Shown here piece by piece: positions 1 to 12,786 of a stretch of 64,000 nt of DNA; the first letter of the stretch is position 1; each line of letters begins with the position of its first letter. A model generated the notes under the pieces. It made no database searches, was not told where the DNA came from, and saw only the letters and a program-made list of their open reading frames with translations. The DNA is from Calditrichia bacterium (GTDB taxonomy: Bacteria > Calditrichota > Calditrichia > JAJRVZ01). Location: the NCBI GenBank assembly GCA_963796965.1, contig CAWCNS010000005.1:1-64000 (forward strand). Reading direction: 5' to 3'. A program made the translations under genes and the position numbers.

Positions 1-233
1 TATGATCTCTTGAAAGTTGTTCCCGTTGGAATTAAAGGAAACACGACAAGTTGAAATTTTCCTTGTATTCCTAATCCCATTTGTTATATTCACTTTGTAT
101 ATACTCCTCATATTGATTCAGATATAGAATAGTTTCTTCTCACCAACTTACTGACTGGATACTGAAAAGACTTATAGACTTATTTGTTCATTGATAATTC
201 CACAATATTTATATAAATGGAAAGGGAATAGAA

Positions 234-1647
234 ATGAAGTCTATTCCAAAACTAATTATTGTATCTATTTTGCATCATTTTAAATTGTACAACTTTATTG
301 GCTCAGGCACCAGATACTCTCTGGACAAAGACATATGGATCGGGAAGTGGTAATTGTATTATAGAATTGGCTGATCATGGATATATTGTAGTTGGTGAAA
401 AGAATGATGATGTTTTTATCTTTAAAACAAACAGTGATGGCGATTCTCTTTGGTTAAAGACATATGGGGATACAGGTAAATTTGATTATGCGAATTCAGT
501 CGCATTTACATCTGAAGGTGGATTTATTATTGTGGGTACAACAGAATCTTATGGGGCTGGTGGTTCGGATATTTGGTTATTAAAAACGGATGCTAACGGA
601 GATACAACGTGGACAAAAACCTATGGTGGTGACAGTAGTGATGTCGGAAACGGTTTACAGATAACTAATGATGGAGGATATATTATTGTAGGAACTACAA
701 AATCTTATGGTGCTGGAGGCGAGGATGCTTGGTTGTTAAAAACTGATTCTAACGGTATAATTGATTGGACAAAGACTTTTGGTGGTAACAGTGAGTGATG
801 GTGGGAATTGTATTCTTCCAAACGAATGATGGAGGATATATCATAGGTGGGAGTACAGAGTCTTATGAGGAGGTTGGTTAATAAAAACAGATTCTAATGG
901 TGATACTTCATGGACAAAAACATATGAAATTGAGGGATGGCTGAAAAATGGCATTAAAACGAATGATGGTTATGTATTTACTGGTGGGATTCGTCGGGGG
1001 AATTTTAGTGATGGACTCATTATCAAGACCGATCTTTTAGGCGATACACTATGGACGAAAATCATATGGGGCTGCTAAGAGATAATCGATTAGAGTGCTT
1101 AATATCAACTTACGATGGTTTATACCTTTTCTCAAAAACAAATATAGGGGTGCTACAAATGATGGTACGATTGGTATAAGAAGTGTGAGATTTTTGCTTT
1201 GGATGTGAATGGTAATGAAATATGGAGTATATCAGTTGGTTCTGGTCACTGGAGTGATGATTTGGCACTCTTTTCAGTTATTCAAGCAAATGATAGTTCA
1301 TATGTAGCATGTGGTGAAGGCATTCGTATTGCTAAACTTGGCTACTCCATAACAAGTTTGAACTGACAAATGAAAATATAATAAACAGTTTTTCTTTTTA
1401 TCAAAACTACCCCAATCCCTTCAATCCATCAACGACAATCGAATTCTCTTTACCAAAATCTGAATTTGTCGAACTGAAAATATATAACATACTCGGTAAA
1501 GAAGTGTCGACACTTGTATCAAATAAACTGAATCAAGGAAACCATACCTACACATTCGACGGAAAAAATCTGGCAAGTGGCGTCTATTACTACCAGTTGG
1601 TGGCAGGTGATTATAGGGAAGTCAAGAAGATGATATTTCTGAAGTGA
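234..1647 (+). CDS. Secreted beta-propeller-type repeat protein (WTKTYGG...DGGYII repeats) with T9SS type-A-like C-terminal sorting domain; multiply frameshifted
   Basis: ORF 259-798 repeats; ATG 234 after SD; repeats continue in shifted frames; QNYPNPFNP at ~1402 and tail ending TGA 1647. Confidence 0.75.
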
Positions 1648-1804
1648 CCGTTTATTGATATTTCCCTAAAAAATTGATTCAAAAACTTTGTTACAAATTG
1701 ATTATAGAAAAACTTCTAACAAATATAAATAATGTAATTGTAATAATAAATTTATAAAAGTATTAATAACAATAGTTTATATAATATAAAAATTTGCATA
1801 ATAA

Positions 1805-1890
1805 AAGGGACTTAAAATCCATCGGGAGTTAAATCCCGTATCCCGTGCAACGGCCGACAGGCCCCGTTATACGGGTAGATCCCCGGTACA
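1805..1890 (+). pseudogene. tRNA-Leu(TAA) 3' fragment (att-site-like duplication) with T-arm replaced by short palindromes
   Basis: GGGACTTAAAATCC anticodon arm, CGGGAGTTAAATCCCG variable arm, TCCCCGGTACA acceptor-side end; no 5' half or D-arm. Confidence 0.75.
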
Positions 1891-1900
1891 ATAAAATCAA

Positions 1901-1941
1901 GGCTTTATGGGATTTTCTAAAAAACCTGTAAAGCCATTTTT
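1901..1941 (+). terminator. Putative intrinsic terminator after tRNA fragment
   Basis: GGCTTTATGGG...CCTGTAAAGCC stem followed by T tract. Confidence 0.55.
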
Positions 1942-2255
1942 CTTGCAAGTGGTACTATATCGGTACCGTAATAATTTTTTTAAAACTAAAATAACCGTTT
2001 TCTGACACATCCTAGATCCATCTAATTTTCTTCCACATGCTATAAATAAAAGGAATTATGTAAATTGTAACTTGTGATTTATACAAAGTTTTTTGGATAC
2101 ATGTTTCTGCAAATAGTGAGTTCTTGCCTATCCACAACTAAACATTTATATTCTGTACATACCTGTTGATCGTTTAACCGCTGTAGGAAAATTATTTGGT
2201 TATTTCGACGATTAAACCTCATTTAACTTGATAGATTTTTTAAAAAAAGGCGTGT

Positions 2256-5200
2256 GTGTGTAAAATGCATAAATCGTTCGTAGCCGTCATACTGTTGCTT
2301 GTTTCATATTCAATTCTCTTCTCACAGGCTAATCTGAAATTTGAACATATCACCGTTGAACAGGGTCTTTCACAGAGCACCGTTAATTGTATCCTGCAGG
2401 ATACGCATGGTTTTATGTGGTTTGGATCGGCACTTGGACTAAAGAAATTTGATGGCTATAAATTTATATATTATCAGAATGATCCAAACAATCCGGGTAG
2501 CATCAGCGGTAATGATATCGGCGCTATTATTGAAGATAAATCGGGATTCATTTGGATTGGCACATGGGGAGATGGACTTAACTGCTTTGATCGGAAATTA
2601 GAAAAATTTATTCACTATAGATTTCCCAAAGATAGTATACCTAACAACAAGTCTAAGTTTATTTACACTATCCTGGAGGACAAGAACGGAAAATTATGGA
2701 TAGGAACAAATTCCGGGCTTTATTATTTGGATCGTGAAAAAGATTCTATTGCAAGATTTTCGACTGACAATACAAATCTAACGGGGCTTAGTATTAATCG
2801 TGTTTGGGCACTATATGAAGATCAGGAAGGTTCGATTTGGACTGGAATATCGGGTGGCCTTATAAGGATTGATGCTAATAAACAAAATTTTAGCTATTAT
2901 CAACATGATCCTTTAGTAGAAAACAGCCTGAGTAATAATACTATTCGGTCGATTTCAGAAGATAATTCAGGCAATTTATTAATTGGAACTGACAATGGTT
3001 TAAACATATTTGACAAAGAAAAAAGCCAATTTACACGCTATTTTTATGAACCAATTGAATCTAAAATAGCACAACAGAACCAGATACGTCTGGTTCTAGC
3101 CTCGGAATCAGGATTTGTCTGGCTTGCAACCGGGGTAGGGCTGATCAAGTTCAATCCTAAAGAAGATATAAATATTAATTTTTATCAAGATATAAAAAAA
3201 TATGACAATTTGGGAAATAGTTCAATCATGTCACTTTACGAAGACCGGGCTGGAATTTTATGGGTTGGGACATTTTCCGGAGATATTTTTAAATATGATC
3301 CCAGCATGTTGAAATTTATCCACTATAAAAGTAATCCGCAGGAAGCGTACAATCTGAGCCATAGTAGCATTTTAGGAATATGTGAGGATAGTAGAGGCAC
3401 ATTATGGGTTGGCACCTGGGGAGGAGGTCTCAATGAACTTAAGAGAGACCAATCAGCTGACCAATTGCCAATCTGGATTAAACATAAACATGATCCGCAA
3501 AATTCTAAGAGCATTAATAATAATGTTGTTCTTAGTATTTATGAAGATAGTGAGGAAACACTTTGGATCGGCACTGGAGGGGGACTGAATAAACTTATGC
3601 GGCCGGCAATGAATTTTTCAGATATTAATAATCAAAAAGCAATGCCTGTCTATGTGACTTATATAAATGGACCGGTTAACTCATCCAGGAATGTTATATA
3701 TTGTATCCTTGAAGATAAAAACAAGAATATTTGGTTAGGTACAGGAAGAGGTCTGTATAAATTTGATCGATCTACAGAAACATTTATTCATTATGCCGGT
3801 AATCAGGATAATTCTGAAAGTCTGGGTATTAGGAGAGTTAATGGTATATTGGAAAGTAAATCGGGACAAATTTGGATAGGAACCTGGTATGCAGGGTTGT
3901 ATAAATTTGATCCGGAAACAGAAAATTATATTCGATATCAACACGACCCAGAGAATCCGTACAGTTTAAGTAGTGATAATGTCTTAATGGTTTATGAAGA
4001 TAAATCTGGATTTCTTTGGATTGCCACTACTAAAGGTTTAAATAGGTTTGATCCAAATACGGGTGGTTTTAAACATTTCACAGAAAACGAAGGACTGCCA
4101 GGCGATGATATTTTGGCGATATTGTATGATGATGAAGGCAATCTCTGGTTAAGCAGTGGTAAAGGAATATTTAGATTTTCAACGGAATCAGGTAAGGTAA
4201 AATCATTTGATACAAATGATGGTCTCCAAAGTTTAGAATTTAATTTTTATAGGCTATTTTAAAAGTAAAAGAGGATGGATGTATTTGGGTGGAGTCAATG
4301 GTTTCAATGCCTTTCACCCTGACAGTATAAAATATAATAATCATATTCCAAATATTGTATTAACAGATTTTCAAATATTTAACAGGACAATTCTGCCGGG
4401 AACCGATTCTCCTTTAAAAATAACTATCTCGGAGACAAATGAAATTATTCTTTCTCATGACCAATCAGTTTTTTCTTTTGAATTTGCTGCATTGGATTAT
4501 CATGCTCCACAAAAAAATCAGTATGCCTATAAAATGGAAGGTGTTGATCCGGACTGGGTTTATACCGATGCTTCACGCCGTTTTGCCACCTATACCAATC
4601 TTGATCCCGGAGAATATATGTTTCAGAGTCAAAGGATCAAATAATGATGGTGTTTGGAATGAAGAAGGAACTTCTATTAAAGTAATCATCACTCCGCCCT
4701 GGTGGAAAACAAACTGGCTTATTTTTCTATTTTATTTTGTTTGTGGGATTGCTTTTTTGCACCTGGCCGTTACAATTAAAACGTCATAAAAATAAAACAA
4801 CAATTGGAGATGGAACATTTTGAAGCAGAAAAATTACGAGAAGTGGATCAGTTGAAATCGCACTTTTTTGCCAATATTTCCCATGAATTCCGCACACCAC
4901 TGACATTAATTAAAGGACCGGTAAAACAAATGATGGATGGAGAATTTGCAGGAAATTTGAAAGAACAATACAAAATGATTCTGCGAAACAGTGACCGATT
5001 GTTGGGATTGATAAACCAGATTCTTGATCTTTCAAAATTGGAATCCGGAGAGATTAAATTACAGGTTGCAGAAACAGATATCATAAAATATTTTAAAGGA
5101 ATGGTACTTTCATTTTCATCTTTAGCCGAGACTAAGAAAGTTAAATTAAAGTTCACAGCATCAGAAAATTCGTTGATGGGTTATATTGACCGGGACAAAC

Positions 5201-6501
5201 TGGAAAAGATCGTGACCAACTTATTGTCAAATGCATTTAAGTTTACACCGGAGGGTGGGGATGGTTGAGGTTTCATCATTACCCCCCTGCCTTCGGCATC
5301 CCCCCTTACTCAAGGGGGGAACGAAGGGGGTCGAAATAACTGTAATCCAACACCGGGCCCGGAATTCCTGCCGATCAATTGGATAAAATATTTGATCGTT
5401 TTTACCAGGCAAATGATAATTATAAAAAAGACAGTGAAGGAACAGGAATTGGTTTGGCGCTTACCAAAGAACTGGTTGAAGTATGTCATGGGGAAATTTC
5501 TGTTGAAAGTCACAAGTACAAATACAACACCGTCAATCCCCCTTTATTAAGGGAGAGGTATTCCAAACTGCTTTTACGATTTTGCTTCCAGTTGGCAAAG
5601 AATATTTTAAAGAAAATGAAATCATTGACACTCCTGTAAATGAAATGATCCCCCCTTATCAAAGGGGGCTAGAGGGATGTCAGAAATTGGCATCGAATCT
5701 ACTGAAGTTGAGGGAAAAGAATCAAAATCTAAAACCTAAGAAATCCGCTCCACTTTTATTAATCGTAGAAGATAATCCTGATGTAACCAATTATATATGC
5801 AGTTTTATGGAAAATGATTATCAAATCATTACCGCAGAAAATGGAAAAGAAGGTCTTAAAAAAACTATAGATAAATATCCTGATTTGATTATCAGTGATG
5901 TGATGATGCCGGAAATGGATGGTTTTGAATTGTGCCAAAAAATTAAAACTGATGAACGTATCAGTCATATTCCTGTAATTCTGTTAACAGCAAAAGCGGA
6001 TTTGGACAGTAAAATTGAAGGACTGGAATTTGGTGCTGATGATTATGTCACCAAACCATTTGAAGCAGAGAATTGCAAATCCGGTCAAAAAATTTAATAG
6101 AACAGAGAAAAAAACTGCGTGAGAAATTTTCAATATTGATTGATCTTAATCCAGAGGATATTTCAGCATCTTCCATGGATGAACAATTATTACAGCGTCT
6201 GCTATCCGTATTTGAAGATCATATAGAAGAACCGGAATTCAGTATCGAACATTTAGCCCGCGAAGTTGGTATGAGCCGTGTTCATCTCAACAGAAAACTT
6301 CAGGCATTGACAAATTTATCCACCAGTGATTTTATTCGAACATTACGTTTGCAACGAGCCGCTCAATTGTTGAGTAGTGCTTCCGGGACGGTTTCTGAAA
6401 TTGCATATAAAGTTGGATTTAACAATCTTTCCTATTTTTCAAAAGGTTTTCGTAAACATTTTGGAAAATTGCCAAGTGATTTTACTGATCAGAAAAAGTA
6501 G
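2256..6501 (+). CDS. Hybrid two-component system (beta-propeller sensor, Y_Y_Y, HisKA, HATPase, receiver, AraC HTH); frameshifted
   Basis: GLS/IWIGT propeller repeats; [37 protein letters not shown]; AraC C-terminus [17 protein letters not shown] across consecutive ORFs. Confidence 0.92.
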
Positions 6502-6577
6502 TCTCATAAATAGATTCCTACCTTTGCCTAATCATCCGCTGCAATTATAATTCAATTTTTATTAAATCCTCACCAAA

Positions 6578-6610
6578 TGTTTCACCAGTATCAAAGAGTG
6601 TTTCACCAGT
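6578..6610 (+). promoter_or_regulatory. 12-bp direct repeat TGTTTCACCAGT x2 (21-bp period), candidate operator of the HTCS AraC domain
   Basis: Exact copies at 6578-6589 and 6599-6610 between the HTCS and the downstream gene array. Confidence 0.6.
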
Positions 6611-6697
6611 GTTAGTAAATGTAAAATCCGGGTTATATATTTTACTGAATTTTCTCACATTGATTGAGAAACGGTTTATACAACGGGGTTAGTTCAT

Positions 6698-6979
6698 TTG
6701 AAAACGACCAATGCAATAAATTTTGAAACTGAATTTGAATCTTTTGCAACGCTTATAAAAGCAATGCAAACCGATCCGGTAATAAATAAGAAAGTGAATA
6801 ACATATTAATATTGGAATCATATCCCAGACGGCTAGTTTTGAATAATTGGCTGGAGCAACTTCGCCGCAACAATGCACCACAAAAACTGTTACAGTCACT
6901 CACTTGTTTGTTTGATGATGTTGTTGCAGAGCAAGTATTAGCATTAATTAATAAACATGTGATTTATAAAAAAGGATAA
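6698..6979 (+). CDS. Small hypothetical protein (93 aa)
   Basis: Intact ORF with plausible composition, first gene after the putative operator. Confidence 0.6.
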   Translation: MKTTNAINFETEFESFATLIKAMQTDPVINKKVNNILILESYPRRLVLNNWLEQLRRNNAPQKLLQSLTCLFDDVVAEQVLALINKHVIYKKG

Positions 6980-7038
6980 AACAAATAATTTGTAATTGGG
7001 ACAACATTGTAACATTTAACTAATTTTGGAGGTGTATC

Positions 7039-8346
7039 ATGAAGTCTTTTTTTACTATTTTCATTTTAGCGGTGCTAATCGTAGCATCAACTTTCACCAT
7101 GATTTCTGCACAGAATGCATGGGATGGTCAGTTTGTTGGAATGCCGTCAGTAATCTTTGAAAATAACATATACCATATGTGGTATACTGGTAATTCACCA
7201 GAACCTATAGGCAGCATTGGTTATGCGTCATCGGTTGACGGGATTACATGGACTAAATATTCCAGGAATCCGATCCTGGTTGACGAGCCTTATGGCGGAT
7301 GGAATGAGCAAACAGTTTACGAACCTTCGGTTATTTTTCAAGATTCTATATTTCATATGTGGTACGCTTCATCTAATGATCCTCAACTTCCCGGGCCGAT
7401 ACATATCCATCATGCAACATCATCTGATGGTCTTTCCTGGGTTAGGGACACACTTAATAATCCGGTACTGAGTCCAGGATCAAATGGAAGTTGGGATGAC
7501 GTTTTGATCGATTCTCATTGTATCATTTTTACAGATAGTCTTTTCCATATGTGGTATATGGGATGGAACGGAACGGCTAATCAGGTGCGTCTCGGACATG
7601 CCACCTCGGCGAATGGAATCAGTTGGACCAAAGATGCCAATAATCCGGTATTGAGTTACGGGACCGCCGGCAGCTGGGATTATCCAAGAGTTGAAGCACC
7701 TAATGTGGTCTTTGATGGTAATATGTATCATATGTGGTATTCTGGTGGCAACCATTCTGGTTGGCGTATTGGGTATGCTACTTCACCACATCCCGATAGT
7801 GCTTGGACCAAATATTCAGGAAATCCAGTGTTAAATTTGGGAACACTCGCAAAATGGGATGATACCTATGTTGGATTTTGTTCGGTTCTCTTAGATACTA
7901 CTATAAAGCCCGAAGAATACAAAATGTGGTATACAGGTGGTGATATAAGCTTGTTTAATCAATCACCATGGAGTGTAGTCGGCCAGATTGGTTATGCAAC
8001 TTCTCTAGATGGGATAACCTGGACAAAAATTCCTAATCCAGTATTAACTGATATTAATGATGAAAATTATGCTAGTATGCCCGAAATGTATACTCTCTCC
8101 CAAAACTACCCCAATCCATTTCAATCCAACAACAACTATAGAATTCTCAATTCCAAAATCAGAATTTGTTACACTAAAAATCTACAATCTACTTGGGCAG
8201 GAAGTTGCTACTTGGTTTCGGAAAAACTGACCGCAGGGAATTATAAATACACCTGGGATGCCGGTACATTGGCAAGCGGAATATATTTATACAAATTACA
8301 GGCTGGGAAATTTGTGAAAACTCAAAAAATGGTGCTACTACGATAA
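7039..8346 (+). CDS. Secreted five-bladed-propeller glycosidase-like repeat protein (GH32/43/130-like blades) with sorting tail
   Basis: Signal peptide; repeated WD...YHMWY.G...IGYATS.DG..WTK..NPVL; QNYPNPF tail with local compensating frameshifts. Confidence 0.8.
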   Translation: MKSFFTIFILAVLIVASTFTMISAQNAWDGQFVGMPSVIFENNIYHMWYTGNSPEPIGSIGYASSVDGITWTKYSRNPILVDEPYGGWNEQTVYEPSVIFQDSIFHMWYASSNDPQLPGPIHIHHATSSDGLSWVRDTLNNPVLSPGSNGSWDDVLIDSHCIIFTDSLFHMWYMGWNGTANQVRLGHATSANGISWTKDANNPVLSYGTAGSWDYPRVEAPNVVFDGNMYHMWYSGGNHSGWRIGYATSPHPDSAWTKYSGNPVLNLGTLAKWDDTYVGFCSVLLDTTIKPEEYKMWYTGGDISLFNQSPWSVVGQIGYATSLDGITWTKIPNPVLTDINDENYASMPEMYTLSQNYPNPFQSNNNYRILNSKIRICYTKNLQSTWAGSCYLVSEKLTAGNYKYTWDAGTLASGIYLYKLQAGKFVKTQKMVLLR

Positions 8347-8452
8347 ATCAATTAATAATCTTTCCCGAATTTATGATGGAAAGAGAAGTTAATTTTGTAA
8401 AAAAATAGTTACAGAAATAAGAATAAACACCTTACAAATATGGAGGTGTATT

Positions 8453-9768
8453 TTGAAGACTTGTTTTATATTTTCATTTTAGTTGTGTTATATCTGGCAT
8501 CTGCTTTCTCTACTGCTTATGCACAAACTAATTGGGCAAAGGATTCCGGAAATCCGGTTTTAAGTCCCATAACATCTAGTAATTGGGAAGACTATGGAGT
8601 ATATGCTCCATTCGTTCTTAAACATGGAGATACTTTAAAAATGTGGTATACTGGTATAAAAAGTTTTGGCGTCCAGCAAATTGGTTATGCAACTTCTATG
8701 GATGGGATTAACTGGCAAAGAGATTCCCACAACCCGGTTTTACGTGTTGGAGCGCCTGGTAGCTGGGATGCTGAGTACGTTGGTTACCCAAAAATTATTT
8801 TAGTTGACACTACCTATCACATGTGGTATGCAGGATCTAATGATCTCAATAATCAAATTTTTCGTATGGGACATGCAACTTCAACCGATGGGATTACCTG
8901 GACTAAATATAATGACCCATCAACGATCAACCCACCATTTGCCAATAGTGATCCGGTTCTTACTCCAACACCCGGAAGTTGGGATAGCGCCACCCTTGCA
9001 GGTCATTCTTATTTTTTTGATGGTGATTCTTTTAATGTGTGGTATGTTGGAAGTGATAATCTCACGACCAGAAGGTATAAAATAGGATATGCAAAATCAT
9101 ACGATGGGATCACCTGGGAGAAGTATCCTGAAAATCCGGTTTTTTATGGGGCGGGAAGTTGGGATTCCTTAAAGGTTCATGGCCCTTGTGTAATTGTTGA
9201 CAGTTCCGGTTATCAAATGTGGTATCAGGGAAAGTATGGCTCGAACTACCGCATTGGTTATGCCACTTCATTGGATGGCATCAATTGGATAGCATTGGAT
9301 ACTTTTGTACTTGATATTGGCAACCCGGGAACATGGGAAGATAAAGGTGTTGGTGCCCACCATATATTTCTTGATGACACAACCTACAAAATGTGGTATA
9401 CAGGTTGGGATTATGGAACACCAAGTTACGGATATCATATTGGTTATGCCACTACACCTATAAATTCCAAACAGCATCAAAAATAATGAGTACAAAAATA
9501 TTCCTGAAGGATTTGTTTTATCCCAAAACTACCCCAATCCCTTCAATCCAACAACCAATATCGAATTCTCAATTCCCAAATCAGAATTTGTAACACTAAA
9601 AATCTACAATCTGCTCGGGCAGGAAGTTGCTACTTTGGTTTCGGATAATCTGACTTCAGGAAGTTACAAATACACATGGGATGCATCTGGTTTTTCCAGT
9701 GGAGTATATTATTACAAAATTGATTCCGGAGATTTTGCACAAACAAGAAGCTCATTTATCTAAAATAG
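8453..9768 (+). CDS. Paralogous glycosidase-like repeat protein with sorting tail; frameshifted
   Basis: ORF 8440-9486 has the same repeats; SD GGAGG before TTG 8453; tail DNA 9525-9768. Confidence 0.75.
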
Positions 9769-9884
9769 AAAGTACAGAAAAAGAGAGTATGGATATTTTT
9801 ACTACATGTGTATGCTATTACAATATGATTTATGGTGAATACCAGCAGAAAATAATCCGATTAAATAAGGCTGAGGATTTAAAA

Positions 9885-11359
9885 ATGAAATATTTTAAGA
9901 ATATTGTTTTTACAATTGTTTTACTTTTATCTCCCATGCCTAGTATTGACTAGCCATTTTTGCACAAGCACCTGATATCCTATGGACAAAAACATTTGGC
10001 GGGATTTATTTGGATGAGGGTCGGTCTGTTCAACAAACCTCCGATGGAGGGTACATCATTACCGGATCTATAGAACCTTCTTTGGGTAAAATAAATGTGT
10101 GGCTTATTAAGACGGATACTAATGGTGATACCCTGTGGGCTAAAACCTATGGTGGGGAAAAAAATATTCATGGTATTGCCGGTCAACCGACTTCAGATGG
10201 TGGATATATCCTCCTTGGATTTCAATTCATTCCCTGGATCGATGGTAATTTATGGTTCTCTAAAACCGATTCCATCGGCGATACTCTGTGGACCAAGACC
10301 TATTCCAGAGGGGGTGCATCTGACTTCGGTCAATCCATTCAACAGACTACGGATGGAGGGTATATCATTACAGGGGAAACAGAAGCTTATAGCAACGGTC
10401 CAAGTGATCTTTGGCTTATTAAGACTGATGCCAATGGCGATACTCTTTGGACAAAAACTTTTGGAGATAGTGGTTGGGATGGAGGTAACTCAGTTCAGCA
10501 GACTACCGATGGGGGGTATATCATCCTTGGAGTTACAAGTTCGTTCGCAACTGCCCCTGGTGATCTTTGGCTTATTAAGACTGATTCCAATGGCGATACC
10601 CTGTGGACCAAGACCTATGGAGGAACCGACATTGACGTTGGTACTGCCATTCAGCAGACTTCGGATGGCGGGTTTATCATCACTGGATATACATATTCCT
10701 GTGGTTCTGGTTCTAGCGATGTCTGGTTTATTAAGACTAATACTAACGGCGATACGCTGTGGACCAAGACTTATGGAGGAAGCGATGTTGACGAGAGTAC
10801 AGCCATTCAGCAGACCTCCGATGACGGTTATATAATTACAGGATATACTTTATCCTTTGGTTCTGGTTCTAGTGATGTATGGCTTATTAGGACAGATTGC
10901 AACGGCGATACACTGTGGACAGAAACTTTCGGAGGAAATGGCGAGGACTTTGGTTATTCCGTTCAATAAACAGCCGATGTGGGGTTTATTGTCACAGGGG
11001 TCACATATTCTTTTAGCGCCGGTTGGGGCGATGTATGGCTCATTAAGACCGATAAGGACGTTACTACAATTGAGGTGAAACCGAATACATCAATAAAACA
11101 TTATCGGTTACAACAAAACTACCCCAACCCCTTCAATCCAATAACCAATATCGAATTCTCAATACCCAAATCAGAATTTGTAACACTAAAAATCTACAAT
11201 TTGCTTGGACAAGAACTCGCTGCGCTGGTTTCGGACAAACTAATTCCAGGAAATTATAAATACACATGGGATGCATCCGGTTTTGCCAGCGGAGTTTATT
11301 TGTACAAAATAGATTCAGGGACTTTCACTCAAACCCGCAAGTTCATTTTAATGAAATAG
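9885..11359 (+). CDS. Secreted WTKTYGG/QQTSDGGYII repeat protein with sorting tail; frameshift plus an in-frame TAA at 10967
   Basis: ORFs 10010-10969 and 10979-11359 are in the same frame; paralog of the 234-1647 gene. Confidence 0.78.
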
Positions 11360-11381
11360 ATCAAAATGTATGGAGAGTAAT

Positions 11382-12759
11382 ATGAAGTCTTATTATAGAT
11401 TCATTTTAACTGTGCTGTTTTCAATATTTACTTTTACTGCTTCATCTGCCCAGATACTCTGGACAAAGTATGATGATCCCATCACTACAGATCCGGCATT
11501 TGCAGAAAGTGATCCGGTGTTAAATCCAGGCCCTTCTGGCTCCTGGGACGTAGGATTTGTAGGAACCCCCTCTGTTCTCTTTGACGGAGAAATTTATCAT
11601 ATGTGGTATGGTAATTTTGCTAACGGAAAACACGAAAGGATAGGATACGCAACTTCAACGGATGGTCTTAACTGGACTAAATATGATGATTCAACCACCA
11701 CGTCTCCTCAATTTGCCGAGAGCGATCCTGTTTTAATCCCTGGAGAGGCAGGAGCATGGGACGATGAAGATGTTGCCACGCCAACTGTAATACTTATTGA
11801 TACCACTTACCATATGTGGTACGCTGGTGGCTACTACAGCATTTTATCCATAGGCCACGCTACATCAACTGATGGTATTAATTGGGAAAGGGATCCTAAT
11901 AATCCAGTATTGGTTCCTGGTACAAATGGTAGCTGGGATGATGTTTGGATTTATGCCCCCTGTGTGCTCTTTAAAGATAATATCTACCATATGTGGTATG
12001 AAGGGTATAATGGCACAGGTAACCAGGTGCGTATCGGTCATGCAACGTCGCCACATCCGGACAGTTCCTGGACGAAGGATCCTAGTAATCCGGTTCTTCG
12101 TTTTGGAGTTGCCGGAAGTTGGGATTCTCCAAGAGTAGATAGCCCGAGAGTAATCTTTGACGGTAACACTTATCATATGTGGTACTCAGGCGGTGGATGG
12201 TACGTCTGGAATATTGGCTATGCCACGTCTCAGGACGGAAACATATGGACAAAATATGATGATCCAACCACAACATCTATACAGTTCGCAGAAAGTGATC
12301 CTGTTTTAGTGAAAGGACCTTCAGGTACATGGGACGACTATAATGCCGGATTTTGTTTTGTACTCTTTGATACTACAGAATCCAACTTTAAGATGTGGTA
12401 TTCGGGAGGTAATGGGGTTGGAAATGGACAAGTCGGCTATGCAACAGCACTGGTTACTGCCCTGGAGGAGGTAGATTGCAGGCAATATCCTGCTGAATTT
12501 ACTTTGAGACAAAACTACCCCAATCCGTTCAATCCAACAACAACTATCGAATTCTCAATTCCCAAATCGGAATTTGTTACAGTAAAAATCTACAACCTGC
12601 TTGGGCAGGAAGTAGCTGACACTGGTTTCGGATAAACTTATGCCCGGTAGTTATAAATATACTTGGGATGCAACAGGATTTGCTAGTGGTGTTTATTATT
12701 ACAAAATCGAAGCAGGCAATGGATTTGTGCAAACCAAAAAACTTTTATTAATTAAATAG
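11382..12759 (+). CDS. Third glycosidase-like repeat protein with sorting tail; frameshift in tail
   Basis: ORF 11370-12635; YHMWY/IGYATS repeats; QNYPNPFNP. Confidence 0.8.
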
Positions 12760-12786
12760 TATTTGTGATAAAAGGAGAAAAAAACG

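Noticed and set aside
1805..1890. Functional tRNA-Leu gene
   Set aside because: No 5' acceptor strand or D-arm upstream, and the T-arm is missing
10967..10969. Stop-codon readthrough or recoding (TAA where CAA is expected)
   Set aside because: Isolated case; TAA terminates many other genes normally, so a point mutation or base error is more likely
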